From: Burkholderiales bacterium
Lineage (GTDB): Bacteria > Pseudomonadota > Gammaproteobacteria > Burkholderiales > SG8-39
Direction: 5' to 3'
Length of the DNA: 64,000 nucleotides
Assembly: GCA_014860355.1 (NCBI GenBank)
Contig: JACZJV010000050.1
Span: 14,733 to 78,732, forward strand
Shown: positions 45,876 through 54,977 of the stretch, piece after piece
Numbering within the stretch: the stretch's first letter is position 1
How the letters are laid out: the number at the start of each line of letters is the position of its first letter
Made by a program: the position numbers and the translations under genes
The notes under the pieces: model-generated
The model's database searches: none
The model's input: the letters and a program-made list of their open reading frames with translations, nothing else
Told to the model about the DNA's origin: nothing

Positions 45876-47123
45876 GTGCTTAATTTGCTCTATACCCTGC
45901 ACGAAATGAGCCACGCCGCATTGGCGCCCTGGCAGATGTGGGCCAGCATGAACGCCAATATGTTCAGCCACCCGTTCAGCCCGCTGTTCTACTCGCCGCT
46001 CAGCCGCAAGATTGCCGCCGGCAGCGAACTCTTCGTCCGCGTCACCCAGCGTTACCAGAAACCCGAATTCGACATCAGCGAGGTCCGCGTCGAGGACAAG
46101 GCGGTCGCGGTCAGCGAAACCGTCGCGCTCGACAAGCCGTTCTGCCGCTTGCTGCATTTCGAGCGCGAGTTCGGCGCGCGCCGGGGTTCGAATCGGCGCG
46201 CCGACCCGAAAGTCCTGCTGGTCGCGCCGCTCTCAGGGCACCACGCGACGCTGCTGCGCGATACGGTGCGCACGCTGCTGCGCGATCACGACGTCTATAT
46301 CACCGACTGGGTGGACGCGCGCATGGTCTCGCTGTGCCACGGGCCGTTCCATCTGCACGACTACATCGACTACATACGCGAGTTCATCGGCTTACTCGGA
46401 CCCGAGGTGCACGTCATCTCGGTATGCCAGCCGACGGTGCCCGTGCTGGCGGCGATCGCGCTCATGGCCGAAGCGGAAGCACCGGTCCAGCCGCGTACCA
46501 TGATCATGATGGGCGGGCCGATAGACGCCCGGCGCAGTCCGACCGCGGTCAACAACCTCGCCACGAATAAGCCGCTGTCCTGGTTCAAGGCCAACGTCAT
46601 TCAGCGCGTACCGGCGAAATATCCGGGCGCCATGCGCCAGGTCTATCCCGGTTTCCTGCAGCACGCAGGCTTCGTCGCCATGAACCCCTCGCGCCATGCC
46701 GACGCGCACCGTGATTTCTACAATCATCTGGTCGAGGGCGACGGCGACTCGGCCGAGGCGCACCGGCGCTTCTACGACGAGTACAACGCGGTGCTCGACA
46801 TGCCGGCCGAGTACTACCTGGACACGATCAAGACGGTATTCCAGGAATTCTCGCTGCCGAAGGGGCGCATGTTCGTGCGCGAGCAGCTGGTGCGGCCGCA
46901 GGCGATCAGCAAGACGGCCTTGCTGACGATCGAAGGCGAGCTCGACGATATTTCCGGAAACGGCCAGACCCAGGCCGCGCACGCGCTGTGCACCTCGATC
47001 CCGGCGAGAAAGCGCCAGCATCATCTTGCACCCGGCGTGGGGCATTACGGCATATTCAGCGGCCGGCGCTTTCGCGAGCAGCTCTATCCGCGCATACGCG
47101 ACTTCATCCGGCGTCACGCCTGA
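45876..47123 (+). CDS. phaZ: intracellular polyhydroxyalkanoate depolymerase
   Basis: GTG start. LLYTLHEMSHAALAPW...PEFDI...LLVAPLSGHHATLLRDTV pattern of PhaZ (PHB_depoly_PhaZ type). Confidence 0.9.
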   Translation: MLNLLYTLHEMSHAALAPWQMWASMNANMFSHPFSPLFYSPLSRKIAAGSELFVRVTQRYQKPEFDISEVRVEDKAVAVSETVALDKPFCRLLHFEREFGARRGSNRRADPKVLLVAPLSGHHATLLRDTVRTLLRDHDVYITDWVDARMVSLCHGPFHLHDYIDYIREFIGLLGPEVHVISVCQPTVPVLAAIALMAEAEAPVQPRTMIMMGGPIDARRSPTAVNNLATNKPLSWFKANVIQRVPAKYPGAMRQVYPGFLQHAGFVAMNPSRHADAHRDFYNHLVEGDGDSAEAHRRFYDEYNAVLDMPAEYYLDTIKTVFQEFSLPKGRMFVREQLVRPQAISKTALLTIEGELDDISGNGQTQAAHALCTSIPARKRQHHLAPGVGHYGIFSGRRFREQLYPRIRDFIRRHA

Positions 47124-47201
47124 GGCTGGGTCTTGCCGCAGCCGCGCACCATTCCCCAGTAGACCAGGAACACACCCCAGCCCGCGGCAGCGAGGGCTGC
47201 G

Positions 47202-48194
47202 CTACCTCGGCGGCGTGTACCTGGCGACCAGCTGCTCGATCGCGCCGAACAGGGAATGACCTTCGGCGTCGAGCATTTCGATGCGCACGCGGTCGCCGAA
47301 TTTGAGGAAAGGCGTGAGGGGCTCGCTCGAAGCGATGGTCTCGAGTGCGCGTTTTTCGGCGATGCAGGCCGTGCCTGCGCTCTGATCCGCGTTGGACACT
47401 GTGCCCGAACCGACGATGGTGCCGGCCGCAAGCGGCCTCGTGCCCGCGGCATGCGCGATCAGCCGCGGGAAATCCACGCCCATGTCCACGCCGGCGTTGG
47501 GGCGCCCCAGTTCTTCGCCGTTGACCTGCACCAGCAGCGGCAGGCTCAGCTTGCTTCCATCCCAGGCAGGACCGAGCTCGTCTGGCGTCAGCGCCACCGG
47601 GGAAAAAGCGGAACTGGGCTTGCTCTGAAAGAAACCGAAGCCTTTGGCCAGTTCAGCCGGCGCCAGATTGCGCAGGGACAGGTCGTTGACCAGCATCAGC
47701 AGGCGCACGGATTCGCCCGCCTCTTTTTTCGGCAGGCCCATGGGCACGTCGCCGGTGATTACGGCTATCTCGGCTTCCAGGTCCAGACCCCAGTCTTCGT
47801 TCTCCAGCGGAATATCGTCGCAGGGACCGAGGAAGGCATCGGATCCGCCCTGGTACATCAGCGGATCGCTGCGAAACGACTTCGGCATCTCGGCGCCGCG
47901 CGCCTTGCGCAGTCTCTCGACGTGGCTGATGTAGGCGGAGCCGTCGGCCCACTGATACGCGCGCGGCAGCGGCGAGGCGCACTGCTTCGGATCGAAATCG
48001 AAGGCGCGGCTGCCGGGAGCGCGGTTGAGCGCGTCATAGCGGTCGGTGAGCTGCGGCGAGGCGTAGTTCCAGTCGTCCAGCGCCGCCTGCAGCGTGGGCG
48101 CGATGTCGTCGGCCTTGATTGCGTGCTTGAGATCGCGCGACACCACGATCAGCGTGCCGTCGCGGGTTTCGTCCTTGAGGGTGGCGAGTTTCAT
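47202..48194 (-). CDS. fumarylacetoacetate hydrolase family protein
   Basis: 330 aa. The FAH C-terminal domain has the acidic metal site pattern (LDLEAEIAV...). Confidence 0.85.
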   Translation of the reverse strand: MKLATLKDETRDGTLIVVSRDLKHAIKADDIAPTLQAALDDWNYASPQLTDRYDALNRAPGSRAFDFDPKQCASPLPRAYQWADGSAYISHVERLRKARGAEMPKSFRSDPLMYQGGSDAFLGPCDDIPLENEDWGLDLEAEIAVITGDVPMGLPKKEAGESVRLLMLVNDLSLRNLAPAELAKGFGFFQSKPSSAFSPVALTPDELGPAWDGSKLSLPLLVQVNGEELGRPNAGVDMGVDFPRLIAHAAGTRPLAAGTIVGSGTVSNADQSAGTACIAEKRALETIASSEPLTPFLKFGDRVRIEMLDAEGHSLFGAIEQLVARYTPPR

Positions 48195-48253
48195 ATCGGT
48201 TCAGTTTTTCGTGTGCAGCGGCATTCTAACCGTTTGTGCCCTGCGGCGGCCCC

Positions 48254-48538
48254 TCATGAGACGATCTGGACGCCGCGCCAGAATGCCACGTAACCAGCGA
48301 TATTCGCCGCCGCCGGCTTGGGCACCGGGTAATACCAGGCGCCGTCCTTGTTGACCTGGCCGCCGACCACGATGTCGTAATAACTCGCCTCGCCCTTCCA
48401 GCCGCAGGTCGTATGATGATCGCTCGCGCGGAAATAGCGCATGTCCAGCGATTCCGGCGGGAAGTAGATATTGCCCTCCACGGTTTCAAAGCGCGCGGTT
48501 TGCGCAATCACGACATCGTTCCATACTGCTTTCGGCAT
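48254..48538 (-). CDS. DUF427 domain protein
   Basis: 94 aa. ...EGNIYFP...C.WKG.A.YY... core typical of DUF427. Confidence 0.8.
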   Translation of the reverse strand: MPKAVWNDVVIAQTARFETVEGNIYFPPESLDMRYFRASDHHTTCGWKGEASYYDIVVGGQVNKDGAWYYPVPKPAAANIAGYVAFWRGVQIVS

Positions 48539-48619
48539 GATCGTCTCCTCGTGTTAGGCCGAAGTTGCTTGAGTTCCAGATCGATCCGGTCCTCGGCAAA
48601 TGCTGCTTTGGTGATTCCC

Positions 48620-49435
48620 TCAACGCGCGTCGTTGAGCCTCCAGTCGTAATCGAGGAATTCGAGACCGTAGTCGCCGCGCCGGATCCGCGCCTGCGCCTG
48701 CGGCGTATCTGCCAGGCGCTCGGCGTATCTGGCGAATGTCGCCGTGAGCGAGGCGAAGCCGGCGTGGCCCTGCTCGAAGTCCTTGCCGTACCAGTCGAAC
48801 AGCTCGGATACGAGCAGGGTGTTGCGCTCGGCATCGTAGCGGTTGCGCGTACGGTCGGAGAGGAAGCGGCGCATGCCCTCTTCCAGTTGCGCATCCAGCC
48901 GCTCGGCGCTATAGGCCTCGTCGCGCAGCATCGGGCAGCCGATCGAGGCGCACACCAGCGCAGCGTGGATGCGCGGTTCGTCGAAGGCGCCGGGGGCGCG
49001 GATCATGCCCTGTTCGATGTCGTCGAGATGGCGTTCGCCGCCGAGCAGGACGAAGAACCTGCGTTTCCACGGCGACTGGAACACGCTGCCCAGATCATTG
49101 ATCGACGCGAGCTCCGGGTACCTGGAGAGGATCAGTTCGACGGTGTAGGCGTTATAGGCGTTGATCAGAAACGCGAGCCGCTGCTGCCTGGTCCAGCCGC
49201 GGTACTCCGCCATGCTTACGGCGGACAGGCCCTCCAGATAGGCCTTGAGCCGCTGGTGCTCGGCCTGTACGCCGGCATAGCGCAGCTGCGATGCATTGCC
49301 GCCCTGAATCAGCACCACATTGTCTTTCAGCAGCGCGGTCCACGCCGCGTGACTGTGATCGAAAGCGTGTGCCGTGGCGGCCGTGAGCATGAGGACGAGG
49401 GCGGCGAGCCAGCGCTTCGAGGCTGGCGCCTTCAT
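48620..49435 (-). CDS. secreted DUF547 domain protein
   Basis: ATG 49435 overlaps the upstream stop (ATGA). Signal peptide MKAPASKRWLAALVLMLTAATAHA. INAYNA and HAALVCASIGCP motifs of DUF547. Confidence 0.75.
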   Translation of the reverse strand: MKAPASKRWLAALVLMLTAATAHAFDHSHAAWTALLKDNVVLIQGGNASQLRYAGVQAEHQRLKAYLEGLSAVSMAEYRGWTRQQRLAFLINAYNAYTVELILSRYPELASINDLGSVFQSPWKRRFFVLLGGERHLDDIEQGMIRAPGAFDEPRIHAALVCASIGCPMLRDEAYSAERLDAQLEEGMRRFLSDRTRNRYDAERNTLLVSELFDWYGKDFEQGHAGFASLTATFARYAERLADTPQAQARIRRGDYGLEFLDYDWRLNDAR

Positions 49436-51576
49436 CCGCGCCGCCAGGCGTGGAAGCGCTCCACCCATTCGAGCAGCTTTTGCGGCGCGTGCGCCTTCTT
49501 CCACACGCCCGCCGCATACTTGTTCGCTTCCGCCATGGTCGGGTAGATATGGATGGTGCCGAGGATCTTGTTGAGCCCGATGCCGTGGCGCATCGCCAGC
49601 ACGTATTCGGCGATCAGCTCGCCGGCATGCTCGCCGACGATGGTGACGCCGAGTATGCGGTCCTTTCCGGGTACGGTGAGCACCTTGACGAAGCCGTGGG
49701 CCTCGCCATCGGCGATTGCGCGGTCCAGGTCGTCGATGCCGTAGATGGTCACTTCGTAGGGAATCGCGCGCTCCTTCGCCTCGGTCTCGTTCAGCCCCAC
49801 CCGCGCCGCTTCCGGGTCGACGAAAGTGGCCCAGGGTATGACTGAATAATCGGCGCGGAATTTCTTGAACGGATCGAACAGCGCATTGACCGCCGCGTAC
49901 CAGGCCTGATGCGCCGCCGTATGGGTGAACTGATACGGCCCGGCGACGTCGCCGGCGGCATAGATGTTGGGAAATCTGGTCTGCAGGAATTCGTTCGTCT
50001 CGACCGTGCGCTGCGCCGCGATGCCCAGCTCCTCCAGACCGTAGCCTTGCAGATTCGCGACCCGGCCGACGGCAACCAGCAGCGCGTCGAACGGGATGCG
50101 CACGTCCGCGCCCGCATGTTCGGCGACGAGGATCTTTTCGCCGCCTTCGACGACGAACTGCTTCGCCTTGTGATTGACCAGGACGGCTATGCCTTCGGCG
50201 CGAAAGTGCTGCGCCACCAGTTCGGACACCTCCGGATCCTCGCGGATGAGGATGCGCGGCGCCATTTCCACCTGCGTGACTTCGGCGCCGAGCCGGGCAA
50301 AGGTCTGGGTCAGCTCCGAGCCGATCGGGCCGCCGCCCAGCACCACCAGGCGCCGCGGCAACTGGCGCAGGTCCCACACGGTATCGGAGGTGAGATAGCC
50401 GACTTCCTCGATGCCCGGAATCGGCGGAACGAATGGGCGCGCGCCGGCGGCGATGACGATGGAACGCGTGCTCAGGCGCTCGCGCCCGCCGTCATTGCGC
50501 GTGATTTCCACCTCCCAGGGCGAGACGATTTTTGCCGTGCCTTCGATCACCTCCACGCCGAGTCCGGTATAGCGCTCGGCAGAGTCGTGGGGCGCTACGG
50601 TTTTGATGACGCGTTGCACGCGCTCCATCACCTCGGCAAAGTCAAACTCCGCCCGCGCGTCGCGGATGCCGAATTCAGGCGAACGGCGCATGTGGGCAAG
50701 CAGCCTGGCCGAGCGAATCAGGGCTTTTGAAGGCACGCAACCGGTATTCAGGCAGTCCCCGCCCAGTTTGTGCTTCTCCACCAGCGTGACCTTGGCCTTT
50801 ACCGCGGCAGCGATATACGAGGTGACCAGCCCTGCCGACCCGGCGCCGATCACGATCAGGTTGCGCTCGTAGCGCCGCGGTCTGTTCCAGCCGGCATAGA
50901 CCTTGTTCGTGCGCAGGCGCTCGGTGATTTTCTTGGCCAGCAGCGGAAAAATCCCCAGCAGCGCAAACGACGCCACAATCGCGGGCGAGAGGATGCCGGA
51001 CAAGGACTCGATTTTCGCCAGCTGCGTGCCGGCGTTCACATACACGATCGTGCCCAGCAGCATGCCGGCCTGGCTGACCCAGTAAAAGGTGCGCGTGCGG
51101 ATCGCCGTGAGCCCCATCACCAGGTTGATGACGAAGAAGGGGAACAGCGGCACCAGGCGCAGCGCGAGCAGATAGAAGCCGCCTTCGCGCTCGATGCCGG
51201 CATTGACGGCCTGCAAGCGCTCGCCGAATCGCTGTTGCACCCAGTCGCGCAGCAGGAAGCGCGAGGCGAGGAAGGCGAGCGTCGCGCCTGCCGTGGAAGC
51301 GAATGACACCAGGACCGTTCCCCAGAGCAGGCCGAAAACCGCACCGCCTGCAAGCGTCATTACCGCCGCGCCGGGCAGGGAAAGACCGGTGATCGCGACG
51401 TAGGCGAGGAAGTAGAACAGCGCCGCTTTTGCCGGCTGCGCCGCGCGCCAGGTTTCGATGGCAGCCTGCTGGCTCTTGAAAAAATCCAGACTCAGGTAGC
51501 GACCCAGATCGAAGAAGTAATAGCCGAGCGCGACGCCCAGCAGCACGGCAATCAGTACGAGGCGTTGACGGTTCAT
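49432..51576 (-). CDS. bifunctional TVP38/TMEM64 (DedA-related) membrane protein / class I pyridine nucleotide-disulfide oxidoreductase
   Basis: 714 aa. The N-terminal ~230 aa hold 5-6 TM segments of TVP38 type. The remainder has IGAGSAGL, the redox-active disulfide GGDCLNTGCVPSK, and the C-terminal HIYPTMAE His-Glu motif (mercuric/lipoamide reductase-like). Confidence 0.85.
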   Translation of the reverse strand: MNRQRLVLIAVLLGVALGYYFFDLGRYLSLDFFKSQQAAIETWRAAQPAKAALFYFLAYVAITGLSLPGAAVMTLAGGAVFGLLWGTVLVSFASTAGATLAFLASRFLLRDWVQQRFGERLQAVNAGIEREGGFYLLALRLVPLFPFFVINLVMGLTAIRTRTFYWVSQAGMLLGTIVYVNAGTQLAKIESLSGILSPAIVASFALLGIFPLLAKKITERLRTNKVYAGWNRPRRYERNLIVIGAGSAGLVTSYIAAAVKAKVTLVEKHKLGGDCLNTGCVPSKALIRSARLLAHMRRSPEFGIRDARAEFDFAEVMERVQRVIKTVAPHDSAERYTGLGVEVIEGTAKIVSPWEVEITRNDGGRERLSTRSIVIAAGARPFVPPIPGIEEVGYLTSDTVWDLRQLPRRLVVLGGGPIGSELTQTFARLGAEVTQVEMAPRILIREDPEVSELVAQHFRAEGIAVLVNHKAKQFVVEGGEKILVAEHAGADVRIPFDALLVAVGRVANLQGYGLEELGIAAQRTVETNEFLQTRFPNIYAAGDVAGPYQFTHTAAHQAWYAAVNALFDPFKKFRADYSVIPWATFVDPEAARVGLNETEAKERAIPYEVTIYGIDDLDRAIADGEAHGFVKVLTVPGKDRILGVTIVGEHAGELIAEYVLAMRHGIGLNKILGTIHIYPTMAEANKYAAGVWKKAHAPQKLLEWVERFHAWRRG

Positions 51577-51691
51577 CCGGATTCCAGGTCAGGGTTTTAT
51601 AGGGGGGTAGGTAGCTTGCATTGGTCGCGCGAAACCCCCGAATTCTTACGCGCTAGTCCGCCCCCGTTTCGAGGGCCCCCGAAAGAAATGC

Positions 51692-52660
51692 TCACTTTGC
51701 GCGCAAATCGCTGTATTGGGACATTTCGGCGATCAATCGGGCGATGGCCGCGCGCTCGGCCGCCGGGTCGACTTCGTGGCGCCGCGCTATTACCGCGGCT
51801 TGCAGTTCGGCTAGCCAGTCCGGGTCGCGCTGGGCGCGCGCGAGTTGCGCCGCCAGCGCGGCCTCGTCCGCGTATGGGTAGTAGCCCGGATAGTCTGCGC
51901 CTAGCAGGCCGATATTGCCGGGGATGGCCGAGGCGATGACGGGCACGCCCGCGGCTATCGCTTCGGATACGACGTGCGCCCCGCCTTCCATGCGGCTCGA
52001 GATGACCATCGCGTGACTGCGCGCCAGCCAGCGCATCGCGCCTGCATGATCGAGTTCACCCAGCCAGCGATAGCGTGGCTCGGCGCGCATCAGCGCGCGT
52101 GCCTGCTGCCCCATTTCAGCCGTCATCGCCTGGCCCAGCTGCACCACGCGGATCGCGCTCTGCGGCAGCTGCGCCAGCGCGAGGGCGGCGCGAAACGGGT
52201 CTTTCTCCTCGCGCAAATGGCCGATCACGGTGACCAGAAAAAAGCTGCGCGGCGGAGTTTGCCGCCGCAGGGCGCGCTGCGACTGGAAAATTACGCTGGT
52301 TTTCGCGCGCTGCGCCGCGCCCAGTTCGTCCAGGCCCAGAGGCTGCAGCACCACCATGCGGTCAGCGAGGCCTAGCGACGCGCGCGCGTCGGCGTCGCTG
52401 CGTATGTCGCGGTACAAATCGGTGCCGGTGAGCACCAGGACCAAAGGACGCTGCGGGTGCGTCGACTTCCACGCCTTCATCGCCGCGTGGCTGCGGCGCG
52501 CATGCAGGGCAATGAGCAGCTCGCAATCGCGCCCGTCCCAATCGAGCGCAAGCTGCGTCACGTGCCCGAGCGCGCGCAAATGCCGCGCCCAGCGCAGCGC
52601 GGTATTGCGGTTGCCCTGGCGCGAACCCGGCGCGGCGGGCGTTACAATGAGTATGCGCAT
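51692..52660 (-). CDS. senB: GT-B glycosyltransferase of the selenosugar synthase (SenB) type
   Basis: 322 aa. The N-terminus MRILIVTPAAPGSRQGNRNTALRWARHL matches my memory of the selenium-neighbourhood glycosyltransferase family later named SenB. A GT1 C-terminal E-x7-E-like region is present (SRMEGGAHVVSEAIAAGVPV). Divergent from an EgtB-like gene. Confidence 0.75.
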   Translation of the reverse strand: MRILIVTPAAPGSRQGNRNTALRWARHLRALGHVTQLALDWDGRDCELLIALHARRSHAAMKAWKSTHPQRPLVLVLTGTDLYRDIRSDADARASLGLADRMVVLQPLGLDELGAAQRAKTSVIFQSQRALRRQTPPRSFFLVTVIGHLREEKDPFRAALALAQLPQSAIRVVQLGQAMTAEMGQQARALMRAEPRYRWLGELDHAGAMRWLARSHAMVISSRMEGGAHVVSEAIAAGVPVIASAIPGNIGLLGADYPGYYPYADEAALAAQLARAQRDPDWLAELQAAVIARRHEVDPAAERAAIARLIAEMSQYSDLRAK

Positions 52661-52736
52661 GGAGTGCCGCGCAGGCAGGGCTTGCCGGGCGGGAAGAAGA
52701 GGATCGGCTTATGCATGGCAGGTGTGGCAACAGGGC

Positions 52737-53939
52737 ATGAGAGACAATATAGCAGAGCCGTCGCCGCGCGCCGGCTGGCCCGATTTTTCGCTCTACCGGC
52801 CGCATCCGCCGGCAGCCCGACTGCGCGCCTGGCTGGTCGAGGCGCACGACCTGAGCTCGTTGCTGACGCAGTTCCTCGGCGACGAAACCATTGTCGTTCC
52901 GCTGCTGCCGATCGTCAATCCGCCGCTGTGGGAACTCGGTCACATCGCCTGGTTCCAGGAGTTCTGGCTGCATCGCGGCGGGGATTTTTCCCGGCCCTCG
53001 ATGCTGCGCGACGCGGATCGCTGGTATGACTCGGCGCGCGTCGCGCACGACACGCGTTGGTCCCTGGACCTGCCCGACGCACAGGCGACGCGGGGCTATG
53101 TCGAAGGAGTGTATAAGCGTACGCTGGCTTTGTTCGAGCGCGAATCACCGGGCGACGCGCGCGCGTACTTTACCCAGCTGGCGATCTTTCACCAGGACAT
53201 GCACAACGAGGCCTTCTGCCACATGTGGCAGACGCTCAGTTACCGGATGCCGCTAGCCTGGGCGCAAGCGGATGCAGCGGACGCAGCCGATCTGGAGCTT
53301 CCCGCAGGCAGGTTTGCGCTCGGGGCTAGCCGCGGCTCGGGCTTCGTATTCGACAACGAAAAATGGGCGCACGAGGTGGACTTGCGCGACTATGCGATTG
53401 CGCGCCGTGCGGTGAACAACGCCGAGTACCGCGCATTCGTCGAAGCGGGCGGCTACGCCCGGCGCGAATTATGGAGCGAGGCCGGTTGGGCCATGCGCGA
53501 GCGTTTGGCACTGGCGCATCCGCGCTACTGGAGGCGCGCTGCGCAGGGCTGGTCGGTGCGCCGCTTCGATCGCTGGGTGCCGCTGGCGGAGCACGAACCG
53601 GTGATGCACGTGAGTTGGTATGAGGCCGAGGCCTATTGCGCCTGGGCCGGCCGGCGCCTGCCGAGCGAGGCGGAATGGGAACGCGCCGCGGCAACCTGCC
53701 CCGATCGCTTTGACAGCGGCCGGGTCTGGGAATGGACTTCCAGCCGTTTCGCTCCCTATCCGGGCTTCACTGCCGACCCCTACAAGGAATACTCGGAGCC
53801 CTGGTTTGCCGACGAGCATCGCGTGTTGCGCGGCGGCAGCTTCGCCACGCCGCCGCGGCTGCTGCGCAGGACCTGGCGCAATTTCTACGCGCCCGCGCGA
53901 GCGGACATGTTCTGCGGATTTCGCAGCTGCGCGCTCTGA
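52737..53939 (+). CDS. senA: EgtB-like DinB_2 + FGE-sulfatase-domain C-S/C-Se bond-forming enzyme (selenoneine synthase SenA type)
   Basis: In-frame ATG 52737; the ORF part upstream overlaps senB. The iron triad is WELGHIAWF plus FHQDMHNE (H, HxxxHxE). The FGE-like C-terminal domain has RLPSEAEWE and RGGSF. Confidence 0.75.
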   Translation: MRDNIAEPSPRAGWPDFSLYRPHPPAARLRAWLVEAHDLSSLLTQFLGDETIVVPLLPIVNPPLWELGHIAWFQEFWLHRGGDFSRPSMLRDADRWYDSARVAHDTRWSLDLPDAQATRGYVEGVYKRTLALFERESPGDARAYFTQLAIFHQDMHNEAFCHMWQTLSYRMPLAWAQADAADAADLELPAGRFALGASRGSGFVFDNEKWAHEVDLRDYAIARRAVNNAEYRAFVEAGGYARRELWSEAGWAMRERLALAHPRYWRRAAQGWSVRRFDRWVPLAEHEPVMHVSWYEAEAYCAWAGRRLPSEAEWERAAATCPDRFDSGRVWEWTSSRFAPYPGFTADPYKEYSEPWFADEHRVLRGGSFATPPRLLRRTWRNFYAPARADMFCGFRSCAL

Positions 53940-53942
53940 AAT

Positions 53943-54029
53943 CCGGGCAGTGTAGCCGGCGCGCGTGCGCCGCATGCAAGGTATACTGCTTTCCCGCGGT
54001 GCAATTCGACCGCGTAGCTACACGGTCCG
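53943..54029 (+). other. structured senA-phnD intergenic leader (possible three-way junction)
   Basis: Outer helix 53943-53956 / 54017-54029 (12 pairs, one mismatch, one G-U) encloses hairpins 53957-53972 (6 bp, GCGU loop) and 53995-54014 (6 bp). Confidence 0.25.
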
Positions 54030-54078
54030 CCGCGGCGGCCCTTGGTACACCATCCAACATTCTCCGGAGTACGTCTAC

Positions 54079-54936
54079 ATGAGCGCTATCTTCCGCATTT
54101 TGGCCCTTGTGCTGTTCGGCTTGTCCTTTGCGCATGGCACTGCAGCCCAGGGCGTGCTCAGGGTATCCGCCATACCCGACGAAGCGCCGACCGAGCTGCA
54201 GCGCAAGTTCAAGCCGCTGGGCGAATATCTCGCGCAGGAAACCGGCATGAAGGTCGAGTTCACCCCGGTGAGCGACTACGCCGCAGTGGTCGAATCGCTG
54301 GCCACGAAGAAACTCGACCTCGCCTGGCTGGGGGGATTCACCTTCGTACAGACCAAGCTGCGCACCAAGGGCAGCGCCATACCCATCGTGCAGCGCGCCG
54401 AGGACGAAGTATTCACCAGCCGCTTCATCGTGCCCTCCGGCAGCAAGGCCAAGACCCTGGCCGATCTCAAGGGCAAGACCTTTGCCTTCGGTTCGCCCTC
54501 ATCGACCTCCGGACACCTGATGCCGCGCTATTTCCTGCTGCAGGCGGGCATCGATCCGGACAAGGATTTCAAGAACGTTGCGTTCTCGGGCGCGCACGAT
54601 GCGACGGTGGCATTCGTGGCCGGCGGCAAGGCCGAAGCCGGCGTGCTCAACGCCTCGGTCTGGGACAAGCTGGTGCAGGCAAAGAATCCCAACGCGCTGA
54701 AGGTCAGGGTGCTCGCGACCACGCCGCCCTATTTCGACTACAACTGGACCGTGCGCGGCGACCTGGACCCGGCCCTGGTGAAAAAGCTCACCGCCGCCTT
54801 TCTCAAGCTCGACCCGGCCAATCCGGCGGATAAGGCGATACTGGACCTGCAGCGCGCATCCAAGTTCATTCCGACCAAGGCGTCGAACTACGACGGCATC
54901 GAGAATGCCGCCAAATCGGCCGGCCTGATCAAATGA
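54079..54936 (+). CDS. PhnD-family ABC transporter periplasmic substrate-binding protein
   Basis: Internal ATG; signal peptide MSAIFRILALVLFGLSFAHGTAAQ. PhnD-type fold markers (LRVSAIPDE, FGSPSSTSGHLMPR). Confidence 0.8.
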   Translation: MSAIFRILALVLFGLSFAHGTAAQGVLRVSAIPDEAPTELQRKFKPLGEYLAQETGMKVEFTPVSDYAAVVESLATKKLDLAWLGGFTFVQTKLRTKGSAIPIVQRAEDEVFTSRFIVPSGSKAKTLADLKGKTFAFGSPSSTSGHLMPRYFLLQAGIDPDKDFKNVAFSGAHDATVAFVAGGKAEAGVLNASVWDKLVQAKNPNALKVRVLATTPPYFDYNWTVRGDLDPALVKKLTAAFLKLDPANPADKAILDLQRASKFIPTKASNYDGIENAAKSAGLIK

Positions 54937-54977
54937 CCCGACGCAGGTCTGCGCGCTGAATCGATGGAGCGCCTTGC

